From Candidatus Micrarchaeota archaeon (lineage in GTDB: Archaea; Micrarchaeota; Micrarchaeia; Anstonellales; Bilamarchaeaceae), in NCBI GenBank assembly GCA_014727975.1, contig WJMK01000014.1:2558-66557 (forward strand): a stretch of 64,000 nucleotides of DNA. The letters are read 5' to 3'. Within the stretch, counting starts at the first letter, position 1. Every line of letters begins with the position of its first letter. Position numbers and translations under genes: made by a program. Below the pieces are notes generated by a model. It did no database searches. It was given only the letters and a program-made list of their open reading frames with translations, and had not been told where the DNA came from. Shown in pieces: positions 26,569 through 35,079 of the stretch.

Positions 26569-27465
26569 TCACCCGAAAAGTATCTCAGTTTTCAGAGATA
26601 CAAAATCCTCATAGTGGTCCCATGTGTCTGCCCAGCAATCCAGGTTCTGGTTCGCATAGTCGTTGTTGTTTTCAACTTCCGCAGAATACTCACACTCATC
26701 AATGGTGTCCCTGATATCCTCATTGAGTGACTCGACATCATCTATAATGTCTTCATCATAGTCTCCGTCTTCGAGTATAGGGACCGCATATTCGCAGATT
26801 GCAGACATCCTCTCAAGGTGGAACAGGTCCACGAGCCTCGAGTGCCTTAGCTGGAGGGCCCTTACCTCTGCAGGCTCATCTTCATCAAAGGCTTCCGGGA
26901 TATCGTCCAGTAGCTCTTCCCCATCTTCAATTACTGCTTCCATGCCTGAAACATCAACCCCGTCTTCTTCAAGGTCTTCTGTTATGTCTTCTGCATGCTC
27001 AATGTCGTATTCTACGAAATGGGCTGTGGCAGCTTCAGCCTCTGCAAGGGCATCCACTCTGCAGTCCTCAAGGTCGTCCTTAAGGGCATCCTTCCCGTCC
27101 TGCACGCAATCAAAGAACCCTGCAGTCTTGTTGTCAAATGCATCGCCCACTATTGCGAGCCCAAGTTCCAGCAGGTCTCCTGCAAGGGCAAGCCTGGTGA
27201 GGCCAAATTCAAGGCGGTCGTCATCCTCCGCAGCTTCCTCCAGGTCCTCAAGATTATCGTCTATGTCCTCGACGTATTCTGAAGAATCAAAAATCGGGAC
27301 ATCCTCATCCTCAGCGCAGTCCTCCCTGAGCTCAACAAAATCCTTTGCAAAGCCCACGTTGCATTCATCATATGCATAACGTGCCTCAAGAACCTCCGGC
27401 CATGCCGGGTTATTCCAGGCAAAGGTTGCTGCAATCAGGACAAGCGCAAGCAGTATCCTTTTCAT
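26569..27465 (-). CDS. Secreted hyper-acidic protein (298 aa), no recognisable family
   Basis: Signal MKRILLALVLIAATFA. Asp+Glu are extremely abundant throughout, with several spaced Cys. The coding strand is chosen by the signal peptide and by the low-complexity Ser-rich antisense frames. Confidence 0.55.
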   Translation of the reverse strand: MKRILLALVLIAATFAWNNPAWPEVLEARYAYDECNVGFAKDFVELREDCAEDEDVPIFDSSEYVEDIDDNLEDLEEAAEDDDRLEFGLTRLALAGDLLELGLAIVGDAFDNKTAGFFDCVQDGKDALKDDLEDCRVDALAEAEAATAHFVEYDIEHAEDITEDLEEDGVDVSGMEAVIEDGEELLDDIPEAFDEDEPAEVRALQLRHSRLVDLFHLERMSAICEYAVPILEDGDYDEDIIDDVESLNEDIRDTIDECEYSAEVENNNDYANQNLDCWADTWDHYEDFVSLKTEILFG

Positions 27466-27522
27466 GGTATTGCACCTTGGGTGTAGAAGAAAAAGGAAAG
27501 AATAAAAATAGGGCAGGTGTCC

Positions 27523-28377
27523 CTATTTCTTCTTCTTTTTGGAAATTGCACGGTAGATGGCGCGGAGCACCAGGAATACCAACACAATAGGTATGAGGAA
27601 CCCTGCAAGGCCCACAAGAAGCATTATTGCAAAGCTCAGTGCGCCAAAGAAAAGGTTCAGTATTTCCTCAAGCGGCATTATGAGGTCTGTTTCCAGCGCA
27701 GGCTTTTCCTCAATCAAGTAGATGGTGATTGTGGATTGGGCTGAGCGTCTCTCAAGGTCCAGGGCCTGCCTCTGGTAGATTTCCAGCGAGGTCTGCACCC
27801 GGGTAACCTCCTTTTCAATCATCAGGATTTCTTCTACGTTGTCTGCTTCATCGTAAAGCGCATTGAGGCGGTCGAGCTCTTCTTCCAGGTTTTCAATCCT
27901 GGTCTGGATATCAATGTATTCTTCCGTAACATCCTCAACTGAGCTGTCGATGCTTTTTACCTCGCCAAGTGCCGAAACCTCCTCCATGAAAGAATCAAAT
28001 TTTGTAGGGGCAATTTTTACTGTAAGGGCGTAGCGCTTTTCTGTATTGTATTCATTGAAGCGGATGTAGGAGAGCTCTGCATTGTAATCATCAATTATTG
28101 CGGTAAGCTCGTCCTTCTTTTCCTCAAGGGTTCCGGTTTCCACATTTACGCTTAAAGAGCCCTCCTTGATTACCATCTGGTCTGATTCGTAATCATATGA
28201 ATCGGCTCCCCCATAATATGCTTCCTCTGCCACCATTGGTGCGGGGGCTGCTGCTACCCCTTTCGTGGCATACCCATAGTCAGGCTCAGCATAATTCCCT
28301 GCTACTTCATCCATTCCGATGCATCCGAAAAACATGAACAAGGCAGCAAAGGCCAGTATTGCGATTTTTGAATCCAT
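27523..28377 (-). CDS. DUF4349-like protein (lipobox signal, coiled-coil core, C-terminal TM helices)
   Basis: N-terminal FMFFGC. The core runs VIKEGSLSVNVETGTLEEKKDELTAII...YALTVKIAPTKFDSFMEEVSALGEV...VEDVTEEYIDIQTRIENLEEE. It ends with hydrophobic helices and KKKKK. Confidence 0.65.
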   Translation of the reverse strand: MDSKIAILAFAALFMFFGCIGMDEVAGNYAEPDYGYATKGVAAAPAPMVAEEAYYGGADSYDYESDQMVIKEGSLSVNVETGTLEEKKDELTAIIDDYNAELSYIRFNEYNTEKRYALTVKIAPTKFDSFMEEVSALGEVKSIDSSVEDVTEEYIDIQTRIENLEEELDRLNALYDEADNVEEILMIEKEVTRVQTSLEIYQRQALDLERRSAQSTITIYLIEEKPALETDLIMPLEEILNLFFGALSFAIMLLVGLAGFLIPIVLVFLVLRAIYRAISKKKKK

Positions 28378-28532
28378 GGTTGTGAATAAAACTTGAAAAT
28401 ATATAAATAGTTGGCTGGTGGTTCGGCTTTGGCCGAACCTCCCTGGTTTTGTGACACAGGTATAAAAAGCGTTCCCTACACGATAATCAGCAAATCTCCA
28501 TACGGAGGTGTGAAATATGGCACAAAGGTGGT

Positions 28533-28793
28533 ATGAAATCCAGTAACCCGGGAAAAAGCGAACGTGTTAGTGACAACTCTAGTTGTAGGAAAGTCGGGCG
28601 GCCAAAAAGGCTTGACCCCCAATCTGTTGCCGAATTAAGGAAACTCTACCTCTCACAGCCGTATTCAGTACGTGAGCTGGCGGATGCATTTGGGGTTTCC
28701 AGGATGACAGTGTGGAGGGCTGTGGCGCTTCGGAGGAAAGCCGGCCAACAGGCCGGGCAAAGCACTTGCCCCAAAGCGGCAGTTACAGGATAG
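28533..28793 (+). CDS. Small stand-alone helix-turn-helix protein (resolvase/HTH_7-like)
   Basis: GRPKRLDPQSVAELRKLYLSQPYSVRELADAFGVSRMTVWRAV is a textbook resolvase-type HTH. The ATG is preceded by AAGGTGG. It is the only plus-strand unit inside a long minus-strand run. Confidence 0.65.
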   Translation: MKSSNPGKSERVSDNSSCRKVGRPKRLDPQSVAELRKLYLSQPYSVRELADAFGVSRMTVWRAVALRRKAGQQAGQSTCPKAAVTG

Positions 28794-28802
28794 GTGGATA
28801 AA

Positions 28803-29090
28803 ATGAGCAGAACAGCGGCAGCAAGGGCCATGCGCACCGAAGCGCAGGCAGGAGAAAAAGGCAACCGGTTCAGGGTAGTTGAAGGCAAAAGGCCTCCCAA
28901 CGGTAAAAAGCTTTCCCTTGGGGAAGCAGCAATGAAGCTTCCCGGGATGAACGGGTTCGGGGTTGAGGGGCCCCGCGGGCTTAAACAGAAAACAGCAGGG
29001 GAAAGGGGGGCTGGAAATAGAGGGAAGCCGGAGCAGGGAAGAAAATACAAAGACCCCAACTGGTGGCAGCACGAAAGAATGGTTATGTAG
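28803..29090 (+). CDS. Basic, Gly/Lys/Arg-rich predicted disordered protein (95 aa), function unknown
   Basis: The ATG at 28803 is preceded by TAGGTGG, directly after the stop of the HTH gene. There is no motif, and long ORFs on the opposite strand (28646..29059, 28665..29108) make the coding status uncertain. Confidence 0.35.
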   Translation: MSRTAAARAMRTEAQAGEKGNRFRVVEGKRPPNGKKLSLGEAAMKLPGMNGFGVEGPRGLKQKTAGERGAGNRGKPEQGRKYKDPNWWQHERMVM

Positions 29091-29131
29091 TTGGTACTGC
29101 TTAACCACTCCCTTTTCTTTTTTCTTTTAGC

Positions 29132-29398
29132 TTAATCTGCAAGGAGCTCTCTGGATTTTTTATTTAAAGAAAAGCTGGTGCCTGCAGTGCAGGAATTGGA
29201 AGATCCGGGACAGGACGCTGTAAACGGGCAGCCCCTGCACGAATGAGTTTTATGCTCAGAGAGATACCCCTGCTGCACAAGACTCCGCAGCTGGAGTGAA
29301 AGGGTTTCTCCATCAATTCCGAGCCTATCCGAAAGCTCGCGTACTGAGCCGCACCCGGCATCTATTTCCATTAAGATTTTCTTTAGCATTGCACCCAC
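29132..29398 (-). CDS. feoC: FeoC-like winged-helix protein with a C-terminal Cys cluster
   Basis: It lies immediately downstream of feoB, with no gap between the feoB stop and the GTG at 29398; an alternative ATG is at 29389. wHTH-like SVRELSDRLGIDGETLSLQLRSLVQQGYL is followed by HSCRGCPFTASCPGSSNSC. Confidence 0.5.
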   Translation of the reverse strand: MGAMLKKILMEIDAGCGSVRELSDRLGIDGETLSLQLRSLVQQGYLSEHKTHSCRGCPFTASCPGSSNSCTAGTSFSLNKKSRELLAD

Positions 29399-31450
29399 CT
29401 ACCCATAACCAAGGGCAGTGCCAACATGCAGCACAAGGAATGCTGCAATCCAGGCCAGAACAGTTGAATAAAGGATTGCAAACCCTGCCCATTTCCAGGA
29501 ATTGGTTTCCTGCTTTATTACTGCAATTGTTGCAAAGCAGGGCACATAAATCAGGGTAAATACCATGAACACGTAAGCCTGGAGCGGGGTCCAGGCAAGG
29601 GCGAGGGTGCTGCCCAGGCTTGCATCATCTGCTACTCCGTAAAGCACCCCAAACGCAGAGATTACCACTTCCTTTGCAAGAAAACCGAAAATAAGGGCAA
29701 CTGTCCCTCTCCAGTCAAAGCCAAGGGGCTGGAAAAGCGGCTCAATCACATGCCCCGCCATTCCAATATAGCTCTCCGGGCCTCCGTATTCTGCACTCTG
29801 GGGATAGCTTGCAAGGAACCACATGATGATTGCAACCAAGAATATGAATGTCCCTGCTTTCTGCACAAAAACCTTGGTGCGCTGCCACATGTGCATGAAC
29901 AGCCCTTTCAGGGTGGGCACATGGTAGGGCGGGAGCTCCATAACAAATGGCTGCTTTTCCTGCTTTGCAATAGATTTCCTGAAAAGCAGGCCCATTGCCG
30001 CAATCAGGATGAAGCTTATGAGCATAAGGGAGAAAACCACCTGGCCTGCTGCTTCAGGGGCAAAAAATGCTGCGGCCAGGAAAACAAAAACCTCCATCCT
30101 GGCTGCGCAGGGAACCAGGGGGTTTACAAGGATTGTGATAAGGCGGTCATCCTCATTCTTGAGCGTGCGCGCGGCCATCACTGCAGGCACATTGCACCCA
30201 AACCCAAGCACAAGGGAGATGAATGATTTGCCGTGCAGGCCTATCTTCTGCATTGCCCTGTTCATCACAAATGCTGCACGGGCCATGTACCCTGTGTCCT
30301 CCAGTATTGCAATTGCAAGAAAGAGCAGGAGTATGTTGGGCAGGAATATCAATACGTTTCCTACTCCTTCCACCAGCGCAACCATTAGCAGCTCTGAAAA
30401 CCAGGGGGGAGAATCAACTGAATGTAAGAGGGATACCAGCACTGAAGCAAATGCCCCGATTCCTGCCTCAACCCCCAGCATCAGGGGCTCGCCCAGCAGG
30501 AAAACAAGCTGGAACATTGCATACATTATCAATAGGAACAATGGTATGCCCAGCAGGGGGTTGGTGATTATGCGGTCTATCTGGTCGCTTCTTATGATGC
30601 GCTCCTCCGGGCTTTTCTGGAGAGATGACTTTATTATGCCATTTATGAATCCGTAGCGCCTGGAAGCTATTGTTATGTCAACCGGCTCCCCAAGGCGCTC
30701 TTCCGCGTCCTTTGAAAAGGATTCCAGGCCTGAACCGCAGATGCTCTTGTCTTCTTCGCATACCTTGGAGATAACATCTGCATCATTCTCAAGGATTTTT
30801 ACTGCAAGCCAGCGCGGGCCGTATTTCTCTGCAAGTGCAGGAATGTCCTGGCAGATGTGCTTGGAAAGCTTTTCCAGTTCCTCTTCCAGGTCCTTCCCAT
30901 AATTAATGGAAATTGGGCGCTGCTTGATTTTTCCTTCTGCAGCAAGCAGGGAAACTTCAGCAAGCTCGTCTATGCCCTTGCCCTGGTCCGCAACAAGGGG
31001 GACTACCGGGCACCCTAATAGCTCGGAGAGCTTCTTGACATCTATTTTCTGCCCCCTGCGGTGGGCAACGTCCATCATATTGAGGGCAATTACCAGATTT
31101 GCCCCAAGCTCCTTGAACTGGGCAGCAAGGTAAAGGTTGCGCTCCAGGTTGGATGCATCAATGATGTCTATTACTACGTCAGGCTTAGTATGGACAACAA
31201 AATCCCTTGCGATAAGTTCTTCTTTTGTATATGCTGAAAGGCTGTAGGTTCCGGGGAGGTCCACTACTTTTGCAGGCTTCTTGGCTTTTTGGTAGCGCTT
31301 CTTGAGCATTCCTTCCTTTTTTTCCACTGTTGCGCCCGGCCAGTTCCCTATCTTTTGGTGGGCCCCGGTAAGTGCATTGAAAACTGTGCTTTTCCCTGTA
31401 TTTGGGTTCCCTGCAAGCGCAAAAACCATCGGTTGTGTTTTACCTTTCAC
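29399..31450 (-). CDS. feoB: Ferrous iron transporter FeoB (G-domain plus polytopic permease)
   Basis: GNPNTGKST (G1), DLPGTYSL (G3), NMMD (G4), then about 10 TM helices containing gate-motif-like regions. 683 aa. Confidence 0.92.
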   Translation of the reverse strand: MKGKTQPMVFALAGNPNTGKSTVFNALTGAHQKIGNWPGATVEKKEGMLKKRYQKAKKPAKVVDLPGTYSLSAYTKEELIARDFVVHTKPDVVIDIIDASNLERNLYLAAQFKELGANLVIALNMMDVAHRRGQKIDVKKLSELLGCPVVPLVADQGKGIDELAEVSLLAAEGKIKQRPISINYGKDLEEELEKLSKHICQDIPALAEKYGPRWLAVKILENDADVISKVCEEDKSICGSGLESFSKDAEERLGEPVDITIASRRYGFINGIIKSSLQKSPEERIIRSDQIDRIITNPLLGIPLFLLIMYAMFQLVFLLGEPLMLGVEAGIGAFASVLVSLLHSVDSPPWFSELLMVALVEGVGNVLIFLPNILLLFLAIAILEDTGYMARAAFVMNRAMQKIGLHGKSFISLVLGFGCNVPAVMAARTLKNEDDRLITILVNPLVPCAARMEVFVFLAAAFFAPEAAGQVVFSLMLISFILIAAMGLLFRKSIAKQEKQPFVMELPPYHVPTLKGLFMHMWQRTKVFVQKAGTFIFLVAIIMWFLASYPQSAEYGGPESYIGMAGHVIEPLFQPLGFDWRGTVALIFGFLAKEVVISAFGVLYGVADDASLGSTLALAWTPLQAYVFMVFTLIYVPCFATIAVIKQETNSWKWAGFAILYSTVLAWIAAFLVLHVGTALGYG

Positions 31451-31739
31451 TGCAACCTCTCCTTCTCCTGCGCATTCCTCTTCCCTGAACAGGGGGGATT
31501 CCTGCTTTCATTTTTTCTACAATAATCTCGGATGCCATGCCCGTGTCTATTGCCACCCTGCAGCATCCCTTGATCTGGATCACCATAAGGTCAGATGCGC
31601 CTTTGTTGATTACTGTAACTACTGAGCCAGGGTCAAAACCCAATTCAGTGAGGTGCCTGCGGAGCGGAGGCTCGGCGTTTATTTTTACAATGACTCCGCT
31701 CTCCCTTTCGTTCAGGGACCTGAGTGATATTCTTGGCAT
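31440..31739 (-). CDS. feoA: FeoA domain protein
   Basis: LSLRSLNERESGVIVKINAEPPLRRHLTELGFDPGSVVTVINKG...VIQIKGCRVAI matches the FeoA SH3-like pattern. It overlaps the feoB start by 11 nt. I prefer the ATG at 31739 over the GTG at 31748. Confidence 0.8.
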   Translation of the reverse strand: MPRISLRSLNERESGVIVKINAEPPLRRHLTELGFDPGSVVTVINKGASDLMVIQIKGCCRVAIDTGMASEIIVEKMKAGIPPVQGRGMRRRRRGCSER

Positions 31740-31793
31740 TGGCACCACAACTTATCTGGAATTTCTTGAATTTAGGTAAATTTAATGGTTCCC

Positions 31794-32675
31794 CTAACAT
31801 TTTGCGGAAGCAGTTGCCTTTTCCAGGATTTTTTCGAATAACGGGCGGAATTGCGGGGCATGCTCAACCACAGGCTTCATCTCCACTGCTGATTCAACAA
31901 AAGCAAGGTCATAGGGAATTTCTGCGATGACCTCTACCTCTTTCTCTTCTGCAAACTTCCTTATTTCTTTTGAGAAATCGGGGTTGAGGGTACTCTTGTT
32001 TATCACAATTCCATATGGGACTTTGAAATAGTCCAGGACTTCAATTGCGCGCATCAGGTCTGAAAATGCGGAAGGGGTGGGCTCGGCTACTGCCACTGCA
32101 TAATCGCTTCCACGCACTGAGGCAATCACCGGGCATCCTATCCCCGCAGCAGAATCCAGCACAATGTGCTTTGCATTTATCTCCTTCTGGAGGAGGTCTG
32201 CCTTTTCCTTTACAAGGGTTACAATGTCTCCTGAACCGGCCTGCCCGATGCGCAGGAGCCCGGTAGCAACTCCTATCTTTCCTTTTGCGCCTTTGCCTAC
32301 CCATCCATTCTGGACACGGTTAAGGCTTATTGCGCCATGCGGGCAAACAAGCTGGCAGGCGCTGCATCCTTCGCATGCATACTTGTCTATTGTGGGCTTT
32401 TCCCCTGAAAAATCAATTGCTGAAAAAACGCAGATGCCTTCGCACTTTTTGCAGTTTGTGCATTTCTCCTGGTCTATGGTGGCCTTGGAGCCTGTGCTTA
32501 CAGGAGACATTTCAAAATCCTCCCTCCCCATCCCAAAAAGTATTCCGAGATTCGGGGTATCCACATCACAATCGGCTGCAACCACCGGCCCTGACTCTGC
32601 AAGGAGTGCAGCAAGCGAAGCAGAAACCGTGCTTTTCCCTGCGCCTCCCTTTCCTGAAAGCACATTTATTATCAT
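31794..32675 (-). CDS. MinD/ParA-superfamily P-loop ATPase with an inserted 2x[4Fe-4S] ferredoxin domain (COG1149 type)
   Basis: Deviant Walker A SGKGGAGKST. Ferredoxin motifs CTNCKKCEGIC and CEGCSACQLVCP. 293 aa. Confidence 0.85.
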   Translation of the reverse strand: MIINVLSGKGGAGKSTVSASLAALLAESGPVVAADCDVDTPNLGILFGMGREDFEMSPVSTGSKATIDQEKCTNCKKCEGICVFSAIDFSGEKPTIDKYACEGCSACQLVCPHGAISLNRVQNGWVGKGAKGKIGVATGLLRIGQAGSGDIVTLVKEKADLLQKEINAKHIVLDSAAGIGCPVIASVRGSDYAVAVAEPTPSAFSDLMRAIEVLDYFKVPYGIVINKSTLNPDFSKEIRKFAEEKEVEVIAEIPYDLAFVESAVEMKPVVEHAPQFRPLFEKILEKATASAKC

Positions 32676-33517
32676 GGCTCCTCCCTCCGTATCTTCTTTG
32701 CGATTTCCTTTATCTCAGGGACCAGTGCGGGCACACCCTGAGAATACATTTTTGCAATCTCCAGTGAGTAGGGAATCTCCCCATAAATGGGAATGTTGTT
32801 TTTTGCAAAAATATTTTCTGCCAGCTCCCGTTTGCCTACACCTGCCTTGTTGAGTATTCCCTGTGCAGGGATTTTCAGCTCTGCAAGAAGCTCAAGTATA
32901 AGGTTGAGGTCATGGGCGCCCATGGGGGTTGCCTCGGCAACTGCAAGCGCAAGGCTGCAGCCCCTGAGGGCGGCAATCACGTTGCAGTGGGTCCCTGCAG
33001 CAGTGTCCACTATTATATAATCATAATTTTTCCCGGCTTCAGAAATGTATTTGTTGACTGCATTCACTACAGGGGAGCTTTCTTTTTTGCCTGCCTTCAG
33101 CTCTCCGGAAACAAAATCAAGACCCTGCCCTGAGCCAGTATAGATGGCTCCCGTGGAAACCTGCTCGGATTCTATTGCATCAACAGGGCAGGCAAGCATG
33201 CAGGCCGTGCACCCGATGCACTGGTCGGGGATAATTTTTGGGCCGGTTTCCTTGTGGAAAAGAATTGCGCTTTCCTGGCAGGCCTCTGCGCACTTGCCGC
33301 ATTTTATGCACTTCTCATTAACCCGCTTGGGCATTGTTATCATTACGTCTTTTTCCTTTTTGGGATGGATGGAAAGGAGAAGGTGGTCATCCGGGCAGTC
33401 CACATCCATATCTGCAAGCAGGACCTTGTTTTCCTTTGCAAGCTCAACCGCAAGTGCTGTAGCTACCAGGGATTTTCCTGTCCCTCCTTTGCCCCCGGTT
33501 ATTGCAATCCGCACCAA
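32672..33517 (-). CDS. MinD/ParA-superfamily P-loop ATPase with an inserted ferredoxin domain, paralog of the downstream gene
   Basis: GGKGGTGKS, CIKCGKCAEAC and CIGCTACMLACP. There is a 4-nt ATGA overlap with the next gene. Confidence 0.85.
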   Translation of the reverse strand: MVRIAITGGKGGTGKSLVATALAVELAKENKVLLADMDVDCPDDHLLLSIHPKKEKDVMITMPKRVNEKCIKCGKCAEACQESAILFHKETGPKIIPDQCIGCTACMLACPVDAIESEQVSTGAIYTGSGQGLDFVSGELKAGKKESSPVVNAVNKYISEAGKNYDYIIVDTAAGTHCNVIAALRGCSLALAVAEATPMGAHDLNLILELLAELKIPAQGILNKAGVGKRELAENIFAKNNIPIYGEIPYSLEIAKMYSQGVPALVPEIKEIAKKIRREEP

Positions 33518-33526
33518 TTTAATCGC

Positions 33527-33898
33527 CTATTTTTTCAGGAATCCTGCATGGGAGCCAGGGTTTGCCTTTGGGAGCTTGCCCTGGAGAAATGCATCCACAT
33601 TCTCCTGCACAGTTCCGCTGGTGCTGTCATACACCTCAATTCCAAAGGACTCCAGGGCGCTGAATGCCTTGGGTCCCACTGTGCCTGCAATCAGCGTGGT
33701 TGCGCCCTGGTCGTGGGCAGCCTGGGCCGCAGCCACTCCTGCACCGCCCTGCTGGTTTGCAGCCTCATTTGGAACTGCAGTATTGCCGACTACTTTCCCC
33801 CCTTCTATTTCTACAAGCATAAAATAGGGGCATCTTCCAAAAACAGGGCTCAGCTTGGAGTCCATGCTTGGAGTTTGTGAAGGTACTATTGCTTTCAT
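33527..33898 (-). CDS. NifX/NifB-like (dinitrogenase Fe-Mo cofactor biosynthesis domain) protein
   Basis: SPVFGRCPYFMLVEIEGGKVV...GGAGVAAAQAAHDQGATTLIAGTVGPKAFSALESFGIEVY matches the Nitro_FeMo-Co fold pattern. Start at the ATG at 33898 (MKAIVP). Confidence 0.75.
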   Translation of the reverse strand: MKAIVPSQTPSMDSKLSPVFGRCPYFMLVEIEGGKVVGNTAVPNEAANQQGGAGVAAAQAAHDQGATTLIAGTVGPKAFSALESFGIEVYDSTSGTVQENVDAFLQGKLPKANPGSHAGFLKK

Positions 33899-33991
33899 AT
33901 TGCATCCACCTCTGGAGTAAAAAAGAAACCTCAAGGCTTTAATGTATAGCTGTTAGGAAGCTTAAAAAAGTTTGGGTGCCCAAAAATTCTT

Positions 33992-34477
33992 ATGCTAAGC
34001 CAAAAATGTGAGGACTACCTTGAATCAATTCTTATACTAGTAGAAAAAAAGGGATATGCCCGGCCAAGGGACGTTGCAGCAAAGATGGGAGTGAAGCCCC
34101 CGAGCGTAACTGAAATGCTTGGGAAGCTCAAGAGGGAGGGATATGTAAACTATGAGAGGTATGGGGAGGTTACACTTACTCCTGCAGGGTTTGTGGAGGC
34201 CAGGAAGGTCAAGCGCAAGCACGAAGTTTTTGAGAAGCTCCTTGCTATGCTCCTTGTGCCCCCTGAGATTGCGGAGGAGGACGCATGCGTGCTTGAGCAC
34301 CACATCCACAAAAAAACCGAAATCCAGCTTTCCAGGTTCGTGCAGTTTGTGGAAGAGTTCAGGGGAAGCCCCCTTTTCCTCAGGAACTTCAAAAAATACT
34401 GCGAAACAGGGGAGCTGCCAAAAAAGTGCAAGCGGGCAAAGAAAAGGAAGCAGGTGGGTGCAATAAAAAGAATTTAA
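33992..34477 (+). CDS. DtxR/IdeR/MntR-family metal-dependent transcriptional repressor
   Basis: CEDYLESILILVEKKGYARPRDVAAKMGVKPPSVTEMLGKLKREGYV (wHTH), then the dimerisation/metal region ...RKHEVFEKLL...EDACVLEHHI. It is divergent from the NifX-like/MinD/feo gene string. Confidence 0.85.
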   Translation: MLSQKCEDYLESILILVEKKGYARPRDVAAKMGVKPPSVTEMLGKLKREGYVNYERYGEVTLTPAGFVEARKVKRKHEVFEKLLAMLLVPPEIAEEDACVLEHHIHKKTEIQLSRFVQFVEEFRGSPLFLRNFKKYCETGELPKKCKRAKKRKQVGAIKRI

Positions 34478-34512
34478 AGCATGGAGGAAGCATTTGGAAC
34501 AATGGTGAGCCT

Positions 34513-35046
34513 ATGGGAAAAAAGATGCTGATGATAATCCCTCCTGAAAAGTTCAGGGATGAAGAATTGTTTGTGCCAAAAGAGCATTTTGAGGGGAAGG
34601 GCATGGAGATTACAATTGCAAGCACGAAAACAGGGGAGTGCTCCGGAATGATGGGCGGCACTGCAAATGCGGAGATTGCGCTCGGGGATGTTAGTGTTGG
34701 GGATTATGACGCAGTTGTGTTTGTTGGGGGGCAGGGAGTGCCCCTGGTCCGGAGGGAAGAAAAAGCGCTGGAAATTTCCCGGGAAACTGCGGCAAAAGGA
34801 AAGGTCCTGGGGGCTATCTGCTGGGCACCCACCATCCTTGCAAAGGCAGGGGTGCTTGAAGGGAAGCGTGCAACGGTCTGGAATGGGCCTGATGCGGAGT
34901 TCGGCATAAGCACAAGCGAATACCTTGAGAAGCAGGGGGCGAACTATTCTGGTGAGGGGTTCGTGGCAGATGGGAAAATTGTTACTGCGGACGGGCCCGC
35001 GCATGCAAAGGAATTTGCTGAATCAATTGAGGAGCTGCTTGAGTAG
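34513..35046 (+). CDS. DJ-1/PfpI family protein
   Basis: YDAVVFVGGQG, the nucleophile-elbow region KVLGAICWAPTILAKAG, and TADGP near the C-terminus. Start set to the ATG at 34513 (MGKKMLMIIPPE). Confidence 0.75.
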   Translation: MGKKMLMIIPPEKFRDEELFVPKEHFEGKGMEITIASTKTGECSGMMGGTANAEIALGDVSVGDYDAVVFVGGQGVPLVRREEKALEISRETAAKGKVLGAICWAPTILAKAGVLEGKRATVWNGPDAEFGISTSEYLEKQGANYSGEGFVADGKIVTADGPAHAKEFAESIEELLE

Positions 35047-35079
35047 CCCCTTTTAATTTTTTGCAGAGAAAACCCCTGT

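Noticed and set aside
28587-28599. AGGAAAGTCGGGC resembles the CR-I block (GAGGAAAGUCCGGGC) of RNase P RNA. The GC-rich region 28530-29100, with ORFs open on both strands, looked like a structured RNA gene, and an ACAGAAAAC lies near 28985.
   Set aside because: The motif lies inside a frame that encodes a textbook resolvase-type HTH (RKVGRPKRL...VSRMTVWRAV) with an SD-like AAGGTGG before its ATG. I could not find a 3' strand able to form helix P4 with it. The other conserved RNase P blocks are not evident.
31772-31797. TTAGG...CCTAA inverted repeat upstream of feoA, considered as a DtxR operator.
   Set aside because: The arms are 16 nt apart, and the right arm overlaps the stop codon region of the upstream ATPase gene, so it does not resemble the compact 19-bp DtxR box. 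It is retained only as a weak half-site note inside the iron-island finding.
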